DNA of 64,000 nucleotides from an uncultured Poribacteria bacterium (GTDB lineage Bacteria; Poribacteria; WGA-4E; WGA-3G): NCBI GenBank assembly GCA_951813565.1, contig OX638351.1, positions 832,001 to 896,000 of the forward strand, read 5' to 3'. Shown piece by piece: positions 60,633 to 64,000 of this stretch (position 1 is its first letter; each line of letters starts with the position of its first letter). The notes under the pieces were generated by a model. It saw only the letters and a program-made list of their open reading frames with translations, ran no database searches and was not told where the DNA came from. The position numbers and the translations under genes were made by a program.

Positions 60633-61397
60633 TTAGGCAGCACCGTTTCCGTCGGTTTGACCGTCGCCCATGCCGTCGGTTTGACCATCACCCATGCCGT
60701 CGGTTTGACTGTCGCCCATACCGTCGGTTTGACCGTCGCCCATGCCGTCGGTTTGACCGTCGCCCATGCCGTCAGTTCCACCGTCCATACCGGTTCCACC
60801 ATCATCAGTCATAGAGAGCGACACGAAAACGCTATAATTACCCTCACCAGCTTTTACGTGACATCCATGGCACCCACCGGCCATTTCTACGGTGAGTTGG
60901 TTAGGCATCATCAATTCTTCCGCTGAGGCCACAGGCATACCGGTTACACCATACATCCAACCACCATGATCTGCGTACATCGGATCGTCAGTTTTCGTCA
61001 TCGTTGAGATCTGCGCGACAAATGTGTTGGTAGGATCCATAGATTCCTTAATGATCATAGATCCTGCAGGATAAGCTGTCCCTGCATTGTTCGCCATAGC
61101 AGCGGCTTCGTTGAAATAGACGGTCCGGGTACCCGTGCCGTGAGCACCACCGCTCTCCGAGGGTTTGGTTACTTCGGTTGGCGGTACTGGGAGAGCAACA
61201 CTCGCCCACGACTTGTGTGCATCCATATCCATCACCATTTCCATCATACTTGTCATGTCCTCGGCATCCATCATCCCCGGTTCCATCATTTCCGTATCCG
61301 ACATCACAGGTTTTAATACATCCTTCGTGCGTTCACAAGCTACAAAAGCCATACAACCGATTAAGACAGCAATTAGGGCTATCTGAAATTTTAGCAT
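60633..61397 (-). CDS. Cytochrome P460-family c-type cytochrome lipoprotein with repeat tail
   Basis: YPAGSMIIKE, M.K....GGW.Y, CHGCH; lipobox FVAC. Confidence 0.78.
   Translation of the reverse strand: MLKFQIALIAVLIGCMAFVACERTKDVLKPVMSDTEMMEPGMMDAEDMTSMMEMVMDMDAHKSWASVALPVPPTEVTKPSESGGAHGTGTRTVYFNEAAAMANNAGTAYPAGSMIIKESMDPTNTFVAQISTMTKTDDPMYADHGGWMYGVTGMPVASAEELMMPNQLTVEMAGGCHGCHVKAGEGNYSVFVSLSMTDDGGTGMDGGTDGMGDGQTDGMGDGQTDGMGDSQTDGMGDGQTDGMGDGQTDGNGAA
60649..60790. repeat. 24-bp coding tandem repeat (GDGQTDGM)n
   Basis: About 5-6 units of CCGTCGGTTTGACCGTCGCCCATG. Confidence 0.9.
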
Positions 61398-61637
61398 TAT
61401 AATGCTCCTTATCTATAGAATTCTAAAGTAAATTTTAAGAAGAGTTACAAATCTATTCGTGAGGTTTCAAATGATAAGCTGTTCACATTAGTTAGTTACT
61501 CTTCAGGTTCATGTACTACATAACCTTTTTTAATGATACCATATTTCATTTTATTTTTCAAGAAATTTAATAACACTTTAGCATAAGTAATTTGAGAAAC
61601 CACAGCAAAACAGAATAATTCTATACAGATTCAAGAT

Positions 61638-63248
61638 CTACTTGCTATTAGTCTTTAGAATTTCCGAACGAACCTTTAGAATATAAGGATGCTTTGGTGC
61701 TTGTGAAAGAGCTTTTTTAATTTCACGCTGTGCTTCAGAAGTTCGTTTGAGACGGTAATAAACAAAAGCGAGTGTTGCAATATGTGTTGGTCGTCTATCA
61801 ATCGCTACAACAGATTCGGCAAGGTTAAGTGCTTCTGAAAGAGATCTGTTCTCTGTTGCAAGTAGGTATGCTAACGCATCTTTTGGAAACGGGATATCTG
61901 GAGCAAGTTTTATTGCATGACGGAAATCTGTTTCTGCCTTGTTAGACTCACCAAGTTTTTGGTAAATCTGTCCGCGCCACCAATATCCTGGTGCCCACGC
62001 TGGCTCATGTTGAATACCCATCGTAAACGCATTCTCGGCACCCCGCAGATCACCTGATGCCTCGCGAAGATTTGCAAGCTGAGAATAAGTATCCATAAAG
62101 TCTGGTTCATGTTTGATAAGCGCGAGGAAATGTGCTTCAGCATCGATCCAATTTCTAAGTTTTGCCTCTATCATGCCCAAATGTAGCAATGTCTGACGAG
62201 ATGTCGGTTCTAACTTAAGCACACGTCGATATGTCTGTTTAGCGGATGCTAATTCGTCCATCTGCATCTGAACGTAAGCGTAATCTTTCAATGCAGGAAT
62301 GTATGTCGCATCCGTTTCAAGTGCTTTCTTTAGCAGTGCTATTGCTTGCTGTCCCTGCTGTTTTTCAATATACCGATGTGCCTGTCGACGATAAACTTCT
62401 GCTAATGCTTGTCGATGCCGAGAACGTGCAGCGTTGGCTTCTTCTGTATTGCCGAGTTGATCAAGAACATCTGTGAGTGATTTGTGAAATATCGGTTCGT
62501 GTGGCGTTTCTTGGATAGCCTGTTCATAAAAACGTTGCGCAACAACGAGTTCACCGCGTTTTGCTGCAACTTCGCCCCTCCCGAAGGCAGCACTTGCAAG
62601 CGTCTTATCTAACGTTAGTGCCTCCCGAAAAACAGCATCAGCCTCATCAATACGGTTGAGTTTGAGCAGCACATGTCCAAGATTGTTGTAGGCAGCCGTT
62701 GTATCTGGGTAAAGTTGCACTGCAACGATATAGTATCGCCGTGCTTGTTCCAAGTTGCCACGTTCGGTTTCAATCTGTCCCAAAGCGACATACCATGTGA
62801 CAGAGGTGTTTTCACCTGCACCTTTGATGGCTTCCTGAAACAACACATCAGCTTCATCAAGTTGTTTATTGCGATGATAAGCAGTTGCAAGTTTCGCTTG
62901 CACAGTCGGTTCAAAAGCAAAACGTTTAACTTGTGGAAACTCCGAAATCAGTTGCAATGCACGTTGAAATGCCGTAATTGCGCTTGGATAATCCCCTAAC
63001 TTCGCGGAGGCATCACCTTCACCAATATACGCAATCGGGAGTTTAGGCGCATTTTTGGTAAGTGCCTGATACAGACGAAGTGCTTCACCGAACCTCTCTT
63101 CTTGAAAAGCACGTTGTGCAATTTCTAACTGCTCCCGGGCCTTTTCAGGGTAGGTAGATATATCCCACGATAAAACATCGCCAAACACTGATACAGTAAA
63201 TATCAAAAAAAGGGAACAGATAACTGTTCGGTGCTGTGCCAAATTCAT
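61638..63248 (-). CDS. Tetratricopeptide repeat protein
   Basis: Signal peptide and many TPR units (AYNNLG.VL, A...RG). Confidence 0.9.
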   Translation of the reverse strand: MNLAQHRTVICSLFLIFTVSVFGDVLSWDISTYPEKAREQLEIAQRAFQEERFGEALRLYQALTKNAPKLPIAYIGEGDASAKLGDYPSAITAFQRALQLISEFPQVKRFAFEPTVQAKLATAYHRNKQLDEADVLFQEAIKGAGENTSVTWYVALGQIETERGNLEQARRYYIVAVQLYPDTTAAYNNLGHVLLKLNRIDEADAVFREALTLDKTLASAAFGRGEVAAKRGELVVAQRFYEQAIQETPHEPIFHKSLTDVLDQLGNTEEANAARSRHRQALAEVYRRQAHRYIEKQQGQQAIALLKKALETDATYIPALKDYAYVQMQMDELASAKQTYRRVLKLEPTSRQTLLHLGMIEAKLRNWIDAEAHFLALIKHEPDFMDTYSQLANLREASGDLRGAENAFTMGIQHEPAWAPGYWWRGQIYQKLGESNKAETDFRHAIKLAPDIPFPKDALAYLLATENRSLSEALNLAESVVAIDRRPTHIATLAFVYYRLKRTSEAQREIKKALSQAPKHPYILKVRSEILKTNSK

Positions 63249-63252
63249 CAGA

Positions 63253-64000
63253 TTATTTTGTCGGTTGAATTTTTATTCCTGAAACACGTTTAAGTGCATC
63301 TTCTAAGATATACCAAGGTTCATCTGCTTTTTGCCTTGCTAACCATTCCTTAAACGCTGTTTCTGCCTTATTATGGCGAATCAGATCGGCAACTTGGTCT
63401 TTTACTTCCGAATACTGTTTTTGACGTTCAGGTGCTTTCTTAACAAGTTCAACAATCCTAAACCCCTCTGGAACAGGAATCGGTCCTTTCCGTTCGGAAG
63501 GCTCCAATTGCGCGACAATTGCTCCCAATGATGTATCTGTCGTCAATGTTAGCGAATTAAAGCTTATAGATTTCTCTGTTTTGGAACTTTGCTTAACTGT
63601 CTCATAAGTTTCACCTTGCAGTAGACGTGAATTGATATGTTCTGCCAGACGTTTAGCGGCTTGTTTTTCTTTTTTTGAACTATCTGGCGCCACGACTACA
63701 AGTGCGGATCGAAACGTAACCGTTGCAGGTGCAACAAACTGTGCTTTGTTTGCTTCAAAGTATTGCGGTGCTAACTCATCAATTTCTTTGCTGTCGACGG
63801 TTCTAACAAACTGACGCGTAAAATATTCAGAGTATATTATATCATCGGATACCCACTTCTCTAACGTTTCAATTTCTAATTCTTGTTCTCGTAGCACGTT
63901 TCTGAACGTCGCATCGGAAGGGAATTTGGAACGTATCGCTGCGATCTGTTCAGCAACCTGCTTTTTGTGGTCAACAGCCGTAATTCCGATCTTCTCAGCC
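63253..64000 (-). CDS. SurA/PrsA-like peptidyl-prolyl isomerase/chaperone (5' end outside window)
   Basis: GPIPVPEGFRIVEL, Y.EVKDQV..L; frame open to the window edge. Confidence 0.7.
   Translation of the reverse strand, partial: AEKIGITAVDHKKQVAEQIAAIRSKFPSDATFRNVLREQELEIETLEKWVSDDIIYSEYFTRQFVRTVDSKEIDELAPQYFEANKAQFVAPATVTFRSALVVVAPDSSKKEKQAAKRLAEHINSRLLQGETYETVKQSSKTEKSISFNSLTLTTDTSLGAIVAQLEPSERKGPIPVPEGFRIVELVKKAPERQKQYSEVKDQVADLIRHNKAETAFKEWLARQKADEPWYILEDALKRVSGIKIQPTK

Noticed and set aside
60649..60790. CRISPR-like array
   Set aside because: In-frame 24-bp coding tandem repeat without spacers.

Overview
64-kb bacterial chromosomal window, about 43-45% GC by eye. The gene content (three PhyH dioxygenases, three sulfatases, Gfo/Idh/MocA oxidoreductases, a Uma2 nuclease, HEAT/TPR proteins, many palindromic repeats) resembles Candidatus Poribacteria; this is inference only. 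It contains a core block (phoH, ybeY, CNNM/CorC-like gene, tRNA-Pro(CGG), recO) and a fused glyQS. Between them lies a co-directional ~19-kb stretch with a TonB receptor / large secreted protein / PorV-like set interleaved with decayed toxin-antitoxin modules. Mobile DNA includes an IS982 fragment, an ISKra4-like element, MITEs/REP-like palindromes and three copies of a tnpA-deleted IS605-type TnpB element (TTAG target, TGAC right end); one copy cleanly splits an oxidoreductase gene. The strongest novelty candidates are: (1) a stand-alone pertussis/cholera-toxin-like ADP-ribosyltransferase without a signal peptide, with a small downstream partner and a palindrome inside its promoter (33367-34386), a candidate new toxin-antitoxin or defence system; (2) a UGA-recoded CUAEP-tail radical SAM selenoprotein with a SECIS-like hairpin; (3) a ~300-nt multi-hairpin candidate ncRNA at 12640-12935. 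All calls come from reading the sequence; no database searches were run.
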